In this document: in pieces, positions 32,908-45,060 of the stretch | Position numbering within the stretch: the stretch's first letter is position 1 | Layout: each line of letters opens with the position of its first letter | Origin: Squalus acanthias | Taxonomy: Eukaryota | NCBI GenBank assembly: GCA_030390025.1 | Contig: CM059431.1 | Coordinates: forward strand, 123,754,001-123,818,000 | Direction of reading: 5' to 3' | DNA: 64,000 bases | Notes under the pieces: model-generated | Told to the model about the DNA's origin: nothing | Databases searched by the model: none | Seen by the model: only the letters and a program-made list of their open reading frames with translations | Program-made: the position numbers and the translations under genes

Positions 32908-34068
32908 ATGGGGGCTGCAATGATTGGGGGCGTCGTCCTGCTCCAGCTGAATCGGAGGATACCAAGACGCAGACAGAGAGTGGCAATGATGGCCAGACGG
33001 AGGAGGGCCATCAGGCGCATGTACAGGAGAGCTTACCCTCCCAGGGTATATCGTGAACAGCTCTCCTACATCCATATGTCCGAGGAGCTGTGTTTGCGAA
33101 GGCTGCGATTCAGCAAGGAGGTGGTCACTGAGCTCTGCCACCTGCTGCAGCCAGATCTGCAGCCTCAGCTGAGGTCCAGGACGTCTCTGTCGGTGGCAGT
33201 GAAGGTCACAGTGGCTTTGAACTTCTACGCCACTGGCTCATTCCAAGCTGCTGTTGGGGACCTCGCCAATATCTCCCAGTTTGCGGTGCATCGCTGCATC
33301 CGGCAGGTCACCAATGCCCTCTTCAGAAGGAGACGAGACTTCATCTCTTTCCCTATGACCCCAGACAAGCAGCGTGACCGTGCTCTGGGCTTTGCGAGGG
33401 TAGCGGGCTTCGCCATGGTGCAGGGCGCCATTGACTGCACGCATGTGGCTTTGCGTGCTCCGCGAGAGAATGCAGAGGAATTCAGGAACAGAAAGGGGTT
33501 CCATTCCTTGAATGTGCAGTTGGTCTGTGACCACAGACAGGTGATACTCGCTGTCAATGCCCACTATCCGGGCAGCTGCCACGATGCTTTCATCCTGCGC
33601 CAGACTACTGTGGCAGAAGTTTTCGAGGCACCGCATCAGCCAGTTGGTTGGCTTCTGGGGGACAAGGGGTACGCATTGAGCACCTGGCTGATGACACCGC
33701 TCCGTACGCCAAACACCCCTGCTGAGCTGCGGTACAATGAAAGCCATCAAGCAACCAGGAACATTATTGAGCGCACAATCGGCGTGCTGAAACAACGGTT
33801 CCGCTGTCTGGACCATTCCGGAGGAGCCCTGCAGTACTCGCCTGAGCAAGTTTCGAACTTCGTAGTCGTGTGCTGCATGTTGCACAACATGGCAATCCTC
33901 AGGACCCAGCCAATGCCACCAGGCCTTGTAGCACCACCAGAGGAGGAGGAGGAAGAGGAGGAAGAGGACGAGGACGATGATCATCAGCAGCACCAAGGCA
34001 GGAGGGCGGCCCACAATGGTCAAACTGCAAGGGCCGTCCGTCAACGACTAATAGCAAGCCGCTTCTAG
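32908..34068 (+). CDS. Harbinger (HARBI1-like) DDE transposase, 386 aa from the first ATG
   Basis: Uninterrupted ORF with GAIDCTHV, LLGDKGY and IERTIGVLKQRFR catalytic motifs and an acidic tail. Confidence 0.95.
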   Translation: MGAAMIGGVVLLQLNRRIPRRRQRVAMMARRRRAIRRMYRRAYPPRVYREQLSYIHMSEELCLRRLRFSKEVVTELCHLLQPDLQPQLRSRTSLSVAVKVTVALNFYATGSFQAAVGDLANISQFAVHRCIRQVTNALFRRRRDFISFPMTPDKQRDRALGFARVAGFAMVQGAIDCTHVALRAPRENAEEFRNRKGFHSLNVQLVCDHRQVILAVNAHYPGSCHDAFILRQTTVAEVFEAPHQPVGWLLGDKGYALSTWLMTPLRTPNTPAELRYNESHQATRNIIERTIGVLKQRFRCLDHSGGALQYSPEQVSNFVVVCCMLHNMAILRTQPMPPGLVAPPEEEEEEEEEDEDDDHQQHQGRRAAHNGQTARAVRQRLIASRF

Positions 34069-34362
34069 GGCCCCTGCCATTGCTACAAACACTAATCAAC
34101 CCAGCACGCAACCCCTAAGCCGGCCAAGGCACCAATAATTCCAACCACCAGCCATGTATATTTTGAATACAGAAACTTATTTATTTTACAAACTCTGTGT
34201 GTGTCAATTCCTCATGACAAACTCATAGAAATAAACACAAAAAAACAGTCAATAACATAACTGGTTCTCACAACCTGGAGATAATGTCCAAAACACTAAA
34301 CAAAAGTTGGACCATGAACCTCGGCCTTTAATAAAAAAATGACCAGCATTTTGTCACACCTC

Positions 34363-36184
34363 CTACTTTTTGCCCTTCGAGGGTGATCTCCTTCCCTTGC
34401 GCACTTCCCCCCTTCTAACCCTACTGCTCCTCCGTAATGGGACCTCAGTGGCTGCAGCAAGGCTGGTGGAAGGCTGCTGCTCGTCAGACCCTGACACTGC
34501 AGATGCCCCTGAAGGACGGCCTCGACCACTTCTGGGCCTGGAGGGCCCGGCTGCAGACTGCACCAACTCTGCATGGGCGGCAGCAGTCTGTCCTACAGGC
34601 GGTGGCAAGTGCAGTGGAGAAGTGACAGTGTTGGCAGCAGGAATGCTGTCATCGTGAGAGAGGCCAGCAACTCCCTGCTCGCCCGACACACTGGCACTCC
34701 CACGGGGCAGCACTTCAGCATCCGGAGCAATCTGCCGGAGAACAGATTGCTGGCCTGCTGCGGCGCGGTGACAGCCCCGGGGACATGTGCACGAACCATC
34801 GAGGTTGGCAGCAGTCTGTGCTCGCGTGGCCTCCATCTGAGTCTGTATGAGAGCAGTCAGAGGTGGGATCACGGCAGCCAGTGACTGAATTGCAGCACTA
34901 AGCGTTAGTGTGGCATCCGCCTGTGCTACAGCGAAGTGCTCCACACTCCTTGCCAGTGACTCAATGCATTCGGGCACCCTTCCCACTGCACCCATGAGCT
35001 CAGTGTGCATGCCCACCGCCTGGGTGTTCAATTCTGCAATCAGCCGCTCCTCCTCTGCGTCCATTGCAGTAGGAGTGTCTGGCATACTCTCCCTCTGGGG
35101 AGAAGGCCCCCGTTCTTCCCTACCCCCCCCATGGCGTTGCTGCAGCCCGCTGGGTCCTGGAGCTTCACCATCATCAGCCCCTTCCCCCTGCTCCCCTCCG
35201 GGGAAGGCGTGTTCCCAGTGTGGGCATGGGCTTCCTCGGGAGAGGGTGGCACTGATGCTCTGGCTTCCTCTTCCTCCTCAGCTGCAGCATCACTCCCAGT
35301 GGCAGCTTCAGGGCCCGTCTCCTCAGCTGGTGAATCACCATCTGAAAGCAGGGAGGTACAAGAGTGGCTTTAGCGTGAGGACAGGGTGGCAGTAAGGGAG
35401 GAATAAGTGCAGCGAGTTAGCAAGTTGGATTAAAAGTGTCAAAGGCTGGTGTTGTGAGGGACAAGTGGAAGGACAGAGGACAAAAAGGTGATGACCTTAC
35501 CATTGCTGTCCACAACGGGGTCGGCGTCTCCAGTGGCGACGGGACCGATCACCCGGCTTGCCACAATCCTGTGGACGCGCTCCTCCAGATCGCTGAGGGG
35601 TTGCAGCTGAAGCCGCCCTCCACCTGTCCGTTGCTGCTGTCTCCTATTATGAGCCAGCTTAGCCTGCAAGAAAAAGGACAGCATCTGAGTAAATATGCAG
35701 CCATGGTCTTGCCTGATGTGCCTCCCATAGGTGAATAGCCCTTACAATATACAGCCATGGTCTTGCCTGATGTGCCTCCCATAGGTGAATAGCCCTTACT
35801 GTATGCAAAGTGTGGAATGTGTGTGTGTGTTTGATGAAAGGGCCATAGGTGTTGGATGAGTGTTGTGCATTGGGGTTTTAAGACCCTCTGGCCATAGAGT
35901 GAGGTTGAGATGGAGGGATGGAGAGGTATTGAGAAAAAGCCACTCACCCTGACGACCCGAGTGAGGTCGTTGAACTTTTTGCGGCATTGAGTATGGGTCC
36001 TGGGCACCATGCTCCTGGAGGAGACGCTCTGAGCCACCTCCCTCCACACTCTTCTGAACTCGCGTGGCAAAGGCCTCCTGCCACTCTCAGGGAACAGCAT
36101 ACATCGTCTGCGCTCCACTGCGTCAACCAGAGCATCCAAGGCCCGCTCGGTGAAGCGATGAGCGCGTTCTCTCACCCTCTCCAT
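34363..36184 (-). CDS. Harbinger Myb/SANT-like gene, exons 36184-35948, 35663-35501, 35341-34363, with one 1-nt frameshift near 35195
   Basis: MERVRERAHRFTERALDALV...WREVA...QCRKKFNDL|gtgagt; canonical phase 0 and phase 1 introns. Exon 3 needs one extra G in GAGGGGAG to join the 34363-35085 frame. Confidence 0.85.
35692..35799. repeat. 54-bp tandem duplication in Myb intron 1
   Basis: AATATRCAGCCATGG...CCCTTAC twice, one mismatch. Confidence 0.9.
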
Positions 36185-36619
36185 GCTTGGCAGCAAAATG
36201 GATTACAGGTCTCTCCAGGCTGAGATTCAAGGCTGCAATGAGCAGGGTGTGGCTGGGGAGCAAGTGGCCCCCCCCGCTTTAAGAAGTGTCCGGCGCCAGT
36301 GTGTCTGTGTTCCCTCGCTAACTGGCAGCAGCTGCGCTGCGCTCGCGCGCTGAGTTAGCGCCTCACTCCTTGGCCTTTGCGCCTTAAGAGAGGTGTGCAG
36401 CGCCTGCTTTAGCGCTCCACTCACCTCACGGGGCGGTAAAAGTGAAGTTTCCAGTCAGTGCCGATAATTAGCGCCAGGCGCTAATATTTGCGTCCGGACG
36501 ATATTTGCGCCCCAAATGGGGCGCGACCTTATTTCTACCCCTAAATATCCACAAGACACAATATTACCAAAAATCATCAAAGAACGTAAAGGAAATGCAT
36601 TTATAATGTTTTAGTTGAT

Positions 36620-37330
36620 ACTTTTCAGAGTTCAATAAATAGGAATAATATCTGAGCACTTCAATATAGGAAATGTAGTACCGAGATTCAAAAAGAGAGC
36701 AAGGCACAAGCTAGTAATTACAGCCTGGTTAATGTAATATCCATAGATGGCAAAATGCTTGAGGGCATTCTATGTGATGCGATAATTGAACATCCAAAAA
36801 GCACAGGTATCACAGGCAGCAATCAACATGTTTTTAGAAGTAATAGGTATTTTTTTTACCAACCTACTGTAATTCTTGGAGCATTGTCTAAATTCGAGCA
36901 TGAAGGTAATCCAGTGGATATTTGGATTTTCAAAATACATTAAGCAACTTTCCTCGTGTGAGACTATTAGGGAAGATTCAGGCACATGGAATGGATAACA
37001 AATTGTCTAGATGGATTGAAAATTGGCTAACAATAGAATAAAAAATGCTAGGCCTGTTGGAAAGTAACGAGTAGTATTCCAGAGATCTGTTCTGAGACTC
37101 CTGCTGTTCACGATATTTGTGAATGATATGGATCAAGGTTTTATAGTTATATTATTTATTTTGCTGATGACACAAAGTTATGTGGGTAGGTAACAAGTAG
37201 GAGATCTCTTATGTCAATTATGTAGAGGCCTGAGATATGGCAAATTGATTTTAATGTGGATGAATATGGAACAATGTATATTGAGACAAGAACTTTTGCA
37301 TCATTCAAAGTAAAAATGGATAATTTTTAC
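36620..37330 (+). mobile_element. Highly decayed CR1 ORF2 fragment
   Basis: Residual RT motifs (GNPVD, WIENWL, FADDTKLCG) with many indels. Confidence 0.65.
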
Positions 37331-37549
37331 GGACAGGAAGAAACAGGGCTATAGGGTCAGCGGAGGGCAATGGATTAGTTTTGATTTGCTTTAGCATGTT
37401 CCCGATTGCTTTATCAGATTGCTTGAAGGTCATTCTGAGCAGTACCATTTTACAGGGCTTCCAAGACTTGTTTGCAACTATTAGGTTTGTCATTACACCG
37501 ACTAGTAGCACCTTATTGCCTGTGCCCTGCACCAGCAGGCTGAAAGGAA

Positions 37550-38180
37550 CAGTCACAGATGATGTCTTTTCTTACGGCTTCCTCCAATACCATTACCTGA
37601 TTTTAGTTACTCTAAGTTCCTCACTCTTATTAGCCCCTTGCTTCCTCACTATTTTTGGTATGCCTTTTTGTTTTCTACTGTGAAGACATACAAAATATTT
37701 GTTTAATGTCTCGGCCATTTCCTTGTTCCCCATTATAATTTCATCTGTCTCAGCCTCTAAGGGACCAACGCTTACTTTTACTACTCTCTGCCTTTGTACA
37801 TACTTACGAACATACGAACATACGAATTAGGAGCAGGAGTAGGCCACTCGACCTCTCGAGCCTGCTCTGCCATTCAATAAGATCATGGCTGATCTGATTA
37901 CTCCACATTCCCGCCTACCCCTGATAACCTTTCACTCCTTGCTTATCAAGTATCTATCTACCTCTGCCTTAAAAATATTCAAAGACTCTGCTTCCACCGC
38001 CCTCTGAGGAAGAGAGTTCCAAAGACTCACGACCCTACTTGTAGAAGCTCTGATGATGTCATAGAAACATAGAAACATAGAATCTAGGAGCAGGAGTAGG
38101 CCATTCGGCCCGTCGAGCCTGCTCCGCCATTCAATACGATCATGGCTGATCATCCAAATCCAGTACCCTGTCCCTGCTTT
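37550..38180 (-). mobile_element. Cluster of CR1 fragments: an ORF2 piece and two 3' ends (37805-38036, 38059-38180)
   Basis: (TACGAACA)n and (CATAGAAA)n tails followed by the reverse 3'UTR AGGAGCAGGAGTAGGCCA. Confidence 0.8.
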
Positions 38181-38189
38181 AATCCCCAC

Positions 38190-38346
38190 AGTACACATAT
38201 CCCACCCTACCCCCGTAACCCCACGTATTTAATTCCCCCTAACATATCCCATCCTATCCCCATAACCCCACATATTTAATCCCCCCTAACACTAAGGGTC
38301 AATTTATCATAGCCAAATCAACCTAACCCACACATTTTTGGACTGT
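38190..38346 (-). mobile_element. HE1-like SINE fragment with a short tandem duplication
   Basis: GGGTCAATTTATCATAGCCAAATCAACCTAACCCACACATTTTTGGACTGT resembles the elasmobranch HE1 SINE body (recognised from memory). Confidence 0.6.
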
Positions 38347-38505
38347 CATGGATGACTCGCCTTCAGCTCACCTGTTTAAAGGAGCCTTGCACACATCAGA
38401 GTTGAATATAGTTGAAGGTGGTTCTGAGGTTGTTGTGAGAGGTGGATGTTGCTGTTATATTATCCAATTGTTTGACTGTGAAGGTTCAAGCATTTATAAC
38501 CAAGG

Positions 38506-41187
38506 ATGGAGGCTCAGCGCCAGAAGGCTGCGCCCAGGTTTTCTGATTCCTCCCTGGAAATCCTGCTCCAGGGAGTGAGAGCACGCATGGAGGCCCTGTT
38601 CCCTGGTGATGGGAGGAAGATGCCAACTGCTACAACAAACAGGGCATGGCTGGAGATTGCCCACAAAGCGAGCAGCAGAGGTGTTGTGAGCCGCTCCTGG
38701 ATCCAGTGTAGGAAGCGATTTAATGACCTCATGAGGTCAGCTAAGGTGAGTACAATGCCACGTTCAACTACATCCTGATGTGAGTGTCACCCCAACCCCA
38801 TCATTCTGCCTTCCCAAACCTACTCCTGCACAACACCCCTCACACAAACCTACCTTGCAGGTACACCCATCTCCCACTGTCTATGCACCTACTCACATCC
38901 CCATCTCACTATCCAGCACAGACACTCACCCTCAGCCTAATGCAATCATAGAATCATAGAAAGTAATGCCACAGAAGGAAGCCATTTGGCAATGTCACGC
39001 CACTCCCGCATTGTCACCCTGTACAGATGTAACCCATCCATCCCTACACTCAACAAGTTCTCTTGTTTCCCTCCTTGCAGGAGAATAGAGCACAGAACAA
39101 CAGGGAGAGACAGAGGGCCCGTGGTGGCCTCCAATTTTGAGTGCATTGATGGCAGCAGAGGAGGAGGCACTGGAAATAAGTGGAGTTGCAGAGCTGCTGG
39201 CAGTGGGAGATTAAGAGAGGGGGACAGAATGAAATATCATACAGCCACATGGCATACAACAGTCACTCATGGTGTCATGGGGCGTGATCTTGCCAGCCCT
39301 GGGGAAGTGGGTATGGAGGCGGGACTGCCGGGAAAATGGCAGAATTTAGGGGCGGGTGCCCAACCCGCCCCCAACCCAACTCCATGCCATCTTGCTGGTA
39401 GCCGTCCCGCGTCGGGTCCCGTCTCCTTGGAGGTGGGAAGGGATTAAAGCCTATTAACTGCCTGTTAACAGGTAGTTAACAGGCAGAAAATAGGATTATC
39501 CCCTTCTTGCCTTCACAAGTGCGGGCTTCCCGAAGGCTCCGAAACCCGCCAGGTCAGCGAGGCGAGTACTGGGTCTGCGGGGGTCGGGGGGGTGCAAAAG
39601 TGTGCTGTGAAGGTAAGTGATGGGTGCAAGAGTGGAGAGGTGAGTATCTGAGGTAAGTGCAAAGTGTTATTAAAAGTGTACTTACCTTTGTTTCTTCCTG
39701 CCGGCTTCAGTCGGTGTGTATGCGGAGAGTCTCGGACCTCTGCGGTCGAGATGACAGATGGCCGTTGCATTCTCAGATGCAACAACCATCTCATTTCTTC
39801 AAAAGAAAGATGTTTGATGAGGTCTTGAATTCAAGACCTCATCAAACTACAGAGAATGTCAGTGTTTGACAGTTTCACAGAACTGTCAAACAATGACAAT
39901 TCATCTGTCAAAAATCTTTGACAGATGAAACATCATACGTTGATGTTCTCTGCAACCGGCTTTCCCTTAATTGGCCTGCTAAGCCTACTGGGCGGGCTTA
40001 ACAAGGTCTATCAAGGGAAAATAGCGTGGGTTGGCCAGAAGTTGTTAGAGGCGGGACTGAAACCCAACAAATGGGAGTCCCGCCTCCAAAAGCTCCCCAT
40101 TGGCAAAATCACCCCCTTGTCAGCAGCCAGTGAAATATGATCATGTGCATAATGGTAACTTACAACATTCTTATCATTACATTTCCAATTCATCTCTTTA
40201 CTCTCCCACAGGTCCATCAAGTGCCCCCGCGCCCCCACTGTCCAGCCCGAGGAGGAAGACGACTGCTCAGAGGAAGCTCCAGCCTCTGAGGGTGCACCGT
40301 CAGCAGACCCAAGCGCAGCCAGCACCAGTGCAGATACGCACACGTCAGTGGGTCATATGAGAGATGGAGTAGTGTTCTCACCTGGTGTCTCAGACATCAC
40401 AAGTGAGCAAGAGCAGATGGTGGAGAGAGGGAGAGCAGTGGAGACTCCTCGCCAGAGGGCGCAGGGTGCTCCAAGCTCTGCTCAGCTGGATGCAGATGCT
40501 AAACCTCGGGTTCTGTCAGTAAAGAGGATGATCTTGGAGGAGGAGCAAAAAATGAGGGAGGCTCTGGCAGCTTTTCCAGCCGCGATGTGCTCGATTGTAG
40601 GGAGGATTGAGGAGTCTATCTCCAACATGAGCAGCACCATGTCACAGGCGATGACGACGATGTGCTCTTCCATGGAAAGGATGGCCACCTGCATGGAGCG
40701 GCAAATGTGCCAGTCAAACAAGAACATGCTTGCTGTAAGCAACAGCTTGCATACTCTTACTGCAGTCATATCTAGGAGGGATACCAAGCTAGACTTGGGC
40801 AATCATCGCCCCACTGATGTGCAGCAAGGTGATCTCCAGCTTCATGCTAGCAGGGAGGTGTGGGTGGTCCATGAGAGAGATGATGGTGAGAGGGGACATT
40901 GAAGTGGGGGCTCTGCTCTAAGCACTCCCACTTCTCCCTCATTGCCTTCCCTTCAGTCAGAGCCCCACATATTGCCTCGGATCCCGATGATCGAGTCTGA
41001 TCCTGCGCAGGTGCAGGAGGAGCAGTCTATGGCGGGGCCCTCACAGGCTCCAAAACCCAGGGGACGTCCGCCAAAAGTGTTTGAGCAGTCAGAGCCGGGA
41101 AGTGAGCAGCCTGCCTCTACCTCTGCTGAAGCCACAGTGGGTGCATGTCGTCGAAGCACTAGGAAAAGAAAAATGACACAATTGTAG
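38506..41187 (+). pseudogene. Harbinger Myb/SANT-like pseudogene (exon 1 38506-38745, exon 2 from 39081, exon 3 40212-41187)
   Basis: APRFSDSSLEILL...WIQCRKRFNDL|gtgagt; premature stops in exon 2 and at 40900-40902; clear homolog of 26349-28295. Confidence 0.85.
39280..40116 (+). mobile_element. Harbinger-type MITE family X variant in Myb intron 2
   Basis: TIRs GGGCGTGATCTTGCCA/TGGCAAAATCACCCCC; flanks ATG/TTG; body colinear with 3932-4768. Confidence 0.85.
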
Positions 41188-41302
41188 ATGCACAAGGGTA
41201 TGCATATGGATGTTTTCCAAGATGTTACATTGTTGGTTTCATTTCTATTTGTAACCCACATAAATTTATTTCTTTGCACCACTTTCCCGTTTTGTCTTGT
41301 GA

Positions 41303-41790
41303 TTCACCAGGCTGATACCTGGGATGGCAGGAATGATGTATGAGGAGAGATTGGGTCGATTAGGCTTATATTCGCTAGAGTTTAGAAGAATGAGAGGGGA
41401 TCTCATTGAAACTTATAAAATTTTAACAGGACTAGACAGACTAGATGCAGGAAGGATGTTCCCGATGGCGGAGGAGTCCAGAACTAGGGGTCACAGTCTA
41501 AGGATAAGGGGTAAGCCATTTAGGACTGAGATGAGGAGGAATTTCTTCACCCAGAGAGTGGTGAACCTGTGGAATTCTCTACCACAGAAGGCAGTTGAGG
41601 CCAATTCATTAAATATATTCAAGAAGGAGTTAGATATATTTCTTAAGACTAACGGGATCAAGGGATATGGGGAGAAAGCAGGGACAGGGTACTGAATTTG
41701 GATGATCAGCCATGATCTTATTAAATAGCGGAACAGGCTCGAGGGGCCGGATGGCCTACTCCTGCTCCTATCTTCTATGTTTCTATGTTT
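41303..41790 (+). mobile_element. CR1 3' fragment
   Basis: YEERLGRLGLYSLEFRRMRGDLIE...RTRGH; 3'UTR and (TTTCTATG)n tail. Confidence 0.9.
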
Positions 41791-42339
41791 GTCCATTTTT
41801 GCCTGTTACCTGGGAAGTGGCCTTTTCAGTTGGACTGAATGGTCAGACATTACTTAACCTCGACCAAAGGATGTGGGTGTGATAGGAATGGTTTGGTCAT
41901 TTTAGGACTGCTTTGTGGTTTTGGGGCATGAGGGGGAATCTGCTTCTGCATCGGGGTGACATATGGGTGCACTGGTGCAACCTTACTAAATCGTGCCATT
42001 ATGAGACCATCCCGGGTCTCCCGCGCAGCAATGTGCGCCGCTGCTGGTGCCATCTGCACCTCAGGTTCCTCCTCCTCTTGTTCCACCTGCTCCTCCTCCT
42101 CTGAGGAGGCTCTGCACTCTGCGCCTTGCTCCTCCTGCAGCTCCAATCCTCGCTGCTACGCTATGTTGCGCAGTGCGCAGCATACGATGATCATTCTGGA
42201 GACCCTGCCTGGTGCATACTGAAGGGTCCCTCCAGATCTGTCCAGGCATCTGAAGCATATCTTCAGCATACCGATTGCTTGCTCTATTACACATCTGGTC
42301 ATTGATGTGGCTTTGATTATAATGCTCTTCAGCCACAAT

Positions 42340-43060
42340 GGCCCGTATTTTCAGACCCCCTCGGGTGTGTACGAGCTGTGTGCACACCCGTAGGGGTCTC
42401 GCAAGTGTTGGCTTCAGGCATGCGAAGTGTGCTGAAAACCGGCACTTCTGATCTGTCAAGAATCCTATTGACAGATCCTCCACCCGCCCTGGAGAAGGGC
42501 CTCTGCGGGTGGAGAGTTCCGCTTTCTGTACAACCTCCACCCGCTGAAAACCTTTAAAAATCTTACGCCTGGTAAAAGCCTGCATAAGGCCTGCTTTTAC
42601 CAGCATAAGAGTTTAAAAAAGTAAAAAAAATCATTTTTTTTTTACTCATTTATAATTTAAAAATACTTCTAAAAAAGGTAAGTTTATTTCAGCCCCGTAA
42701 ATAATTTTTTTTTTCAAAATATTTAATTTAATGTAATTTTAACTCATTTAAAATACGTGATTTAAAAAAAATATATTTAATGTTTTAGTGTGTTTTTTGA
42801 CTGATCCCCATTCATACTTTTGACAGGTCTAAGCTGTCAAAAGTGTGAAGGGGGATTCCCTTCTTTCATTGGTTCCCCATGGCCCATGTGATCCCAGGGA
42901 CGCTTGCGAACTGCCTGCGCCCCTGGGATACCTGGGCCTCTGCGCATTAGAGGCCCAGGATCGGAAGTGTCGGGACCTACGGAGACAGCAGGTAAGTTCG
43001 TAGATTTTCCAGATCGGAGGCATCCGCACGCAGGAAGCCTCCAATCAGAAAATGTGACCC
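42340..43060 (+). mobile_element. Harbinger-type MITE family Y, copy 1
   Basis: TIRs GGCCCGTATTTTC/GAAAATGTGACCC; flanks AAT/ATT; reverse homolog of 60506-61263. Confidence 0.85.
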
Positions 43061-43816
43061 ATTGCTTGGCCTCCTCAAGGGTTTCATCAGCCACGTCTTC
43101 AGTGGATAGCCCTTGTCTCCAAGCAGCCAGCTGGTGAGTCTGTTCGGAGGTGTGAAGTGCTGAGAGAGGGTGAACTGGTGGAGGATGAAAGAGTCATGAC
43201 AGCTCTCTGGGAATCTGGCACACACATGCATGATGATCTTTTTGTGGTTGCAGACAAGCTGCACATTGAGGGAGTGGAAGCTCTTATGGTTCACAAACAC
43301 TCCTGGGTGATCTGGGGGTGCCTTGATGTACACATGTGTGCAGTCAAAGACGCCCTGCACCTGTGGGAAGCCAGCCAGAGCCACAAAGCCGAGCGCCCGC
43401 TCAGTAACACTGGCTTCATCAGTGGCAAAGTGCACATAAGTGCCTGACTTGTGAAACATGACATCGGTCACCTAGGTGATGCATCTGTGTGCGGCCGACT
43501 GCGAGATCCTGCAAATGTCTGTTGTAGATCCCTGGAAGGAGCCTGAGGCATGGAAGGTGAGGACGGTGGTGACTTTGATAGCCACTGGTAAGGCGTGTTC
43601 ACCAGGTCCACTTGGCAGTAGGTCTTCTTCCAGCAAGCTACAAATGTCTGCATTGACATGACGCAATAGCCTGAGTCTCCTGAGGCACTGCTGTTCAGTT
43701 AGGTCCAGGAAGGTGATCCTCTGCCTATATACCCTGTGTTGGGGGTATCACCTCCGTCGAGGTGGACCCCTTTGCTGATCCCCCCTCTCCTGTGGAGGAG
43801 CAGGTCGGTGAGGAGA

Positions 43817-43819
<3 letters not shown>

Positions 43820-43848
<29 letters not shown>

Positions 43849-43864
43849 ATTGTTGTTGCTGCTG
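43820..43864 (-). repeat. CAG/CAA trinucleotide tract
   Basis: (CTG)9 CTA (TTG)3 (CTG)2 on the + strand. Confidence 0.9.
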
Positions 43865-44499
43865 GGGCTCATCTTGGTCTGAATCTGAGTCTAAGTTGAA
43901 ACAGTATAAGCGGCACCCATGCTGATCTGATAGATGCCAGGTAAAGTGGAGATCAGAGGCACAATCCTCCAATGTAGTGAGAGTGGCTTCCGAGGTTGCA
44001 GAAATCACCTGCAAACTCCTGAAAGCAAATTCTCTGCAACAATGGTGTCAGCAAGACCCTTTCCCTTCGGCAAGATAGCAGGTGTGAGGTGTGAGTATTT
44101 ATGTGATTATTTCAACTGTCAATTGTTCAACTCACACAATGGCCGGTCACTTCTCGCCTTGCTTTGACATCTTAATGGTCTGTTAATGACTTCTTCAATA
44201 CTTCAGTGAGGTCGCCCGCCTCCCCCAAGCGGGTCTCTGGCACGCTGAGAAACGCGCCGGAGTAAAAGGCGGAAGTCGACGGGATGAAGGCGGGTTCCTG
44301 ACGCACTGTCAATTTCAGCGCTGTCAATTTCAGCGCTTTTAACAGCCCACCCGCTCGCAAACCCACAGTCATTTCAATGGGAAAATTCCGGCCTTATTTT
44401 TCAATGTGGTCTCCTTATTTCTCCAACCAAAATTCATCACTTCACACTTACCTATATTGAAATTCATTTGCCACTTACACAGCCATTCTGTAAGTTTAT

Positions 44500-45060
44500 T
44501 AATCATCAGGTCGAATATGGTGTCTTGTCGCATAATGAAGGTGTCATGACAGTTTCCTGGGTAGCTAGCATTAACATGCAGGATAAGGTGACTGGCACCT
44601 CCTTGTAGTTGCAAATTAAATGAATGAAAGCCGTTCCTCATGAAATTAAAGGCGTTCTCTTCTGGGGCTTTGAGCCTTTCTGTTAAATGTGCAGCTAGTG
44701 TGTGATGTCAATTGCCTTATCTTTGTCCCTGTGGGAACATTTCCTGTTTGTAGAATTGAATGGCTTTCTCTCTTTGCTTAGCTTGTTCCATTGAGAAGGA
44801 AATGAATTGCACACCTTCCTGAAGAGAGCCTCAGTTACCTTCTTTGGTGAGCTGCTGCCTGACTAATGTGACAAATGTCGCTGGGGGCTGTATGAACGGA
44901 TCCAAGTTGCAAAGAAATTCAAGGCACTGGTGATTTTTGACTGGTACAGACAATACTTTTCTCCTGCTGGAAGTAGACTGCAGTTCTTCAGCCAACAGTT
45001 GGCATATCTCACCAATTGCCTCCAGAGCCTTCTGATACAAGTGAAATGCAGAGAACTCTA
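44500..45060 (-). pseudogene. Ancient Harbinger transposase relic (a short CR1 fragment lies at about 44394-44500)
   Basis: NGFHSFNLQL...HVNASYPGNCHDTFIMRQ; EICQLLAEELQ. Confidence 0.7.

Larger units (their letters stand above)
32419..36541. mobile_element. Near-intact autonomous PIF/Harbinger transposon (4123 bp)
   Basis: TIRs GGGGTAAAAAT/ATTTCTACCCC; TSD TAA (32416-32418, 36542-36544); convergent transposase and Myb genes; CpG-rich. Confidence 0.95.
41985..43920 (-). pseudogene. Harbinger transposase pseudogene with N-terminal polyQ, interrupted by MITE Y
   Basis: [15 protein letters not shown] and IEQAIGMLK motifs; stops and frameshifts. Confidence 0.88.
38347..44393. mobile_element. Degenerate Harbinger element 3 (left TIR not found)
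   Basis: + Myb and - transposase convergent; right TIR-like GAAAATTCCGGCC followed by TTA; contains MITE X, a CR1 3' end and MITE Y. Confidence 0.8.

Noticed and set aside
32908..34068. Domesticated host HARBI1 gene
   Set aside because: It lies within TIRs and a TSD, has a convergent Myb partner and has several paralogous decayed copies nearby, so it is a transposon gene.
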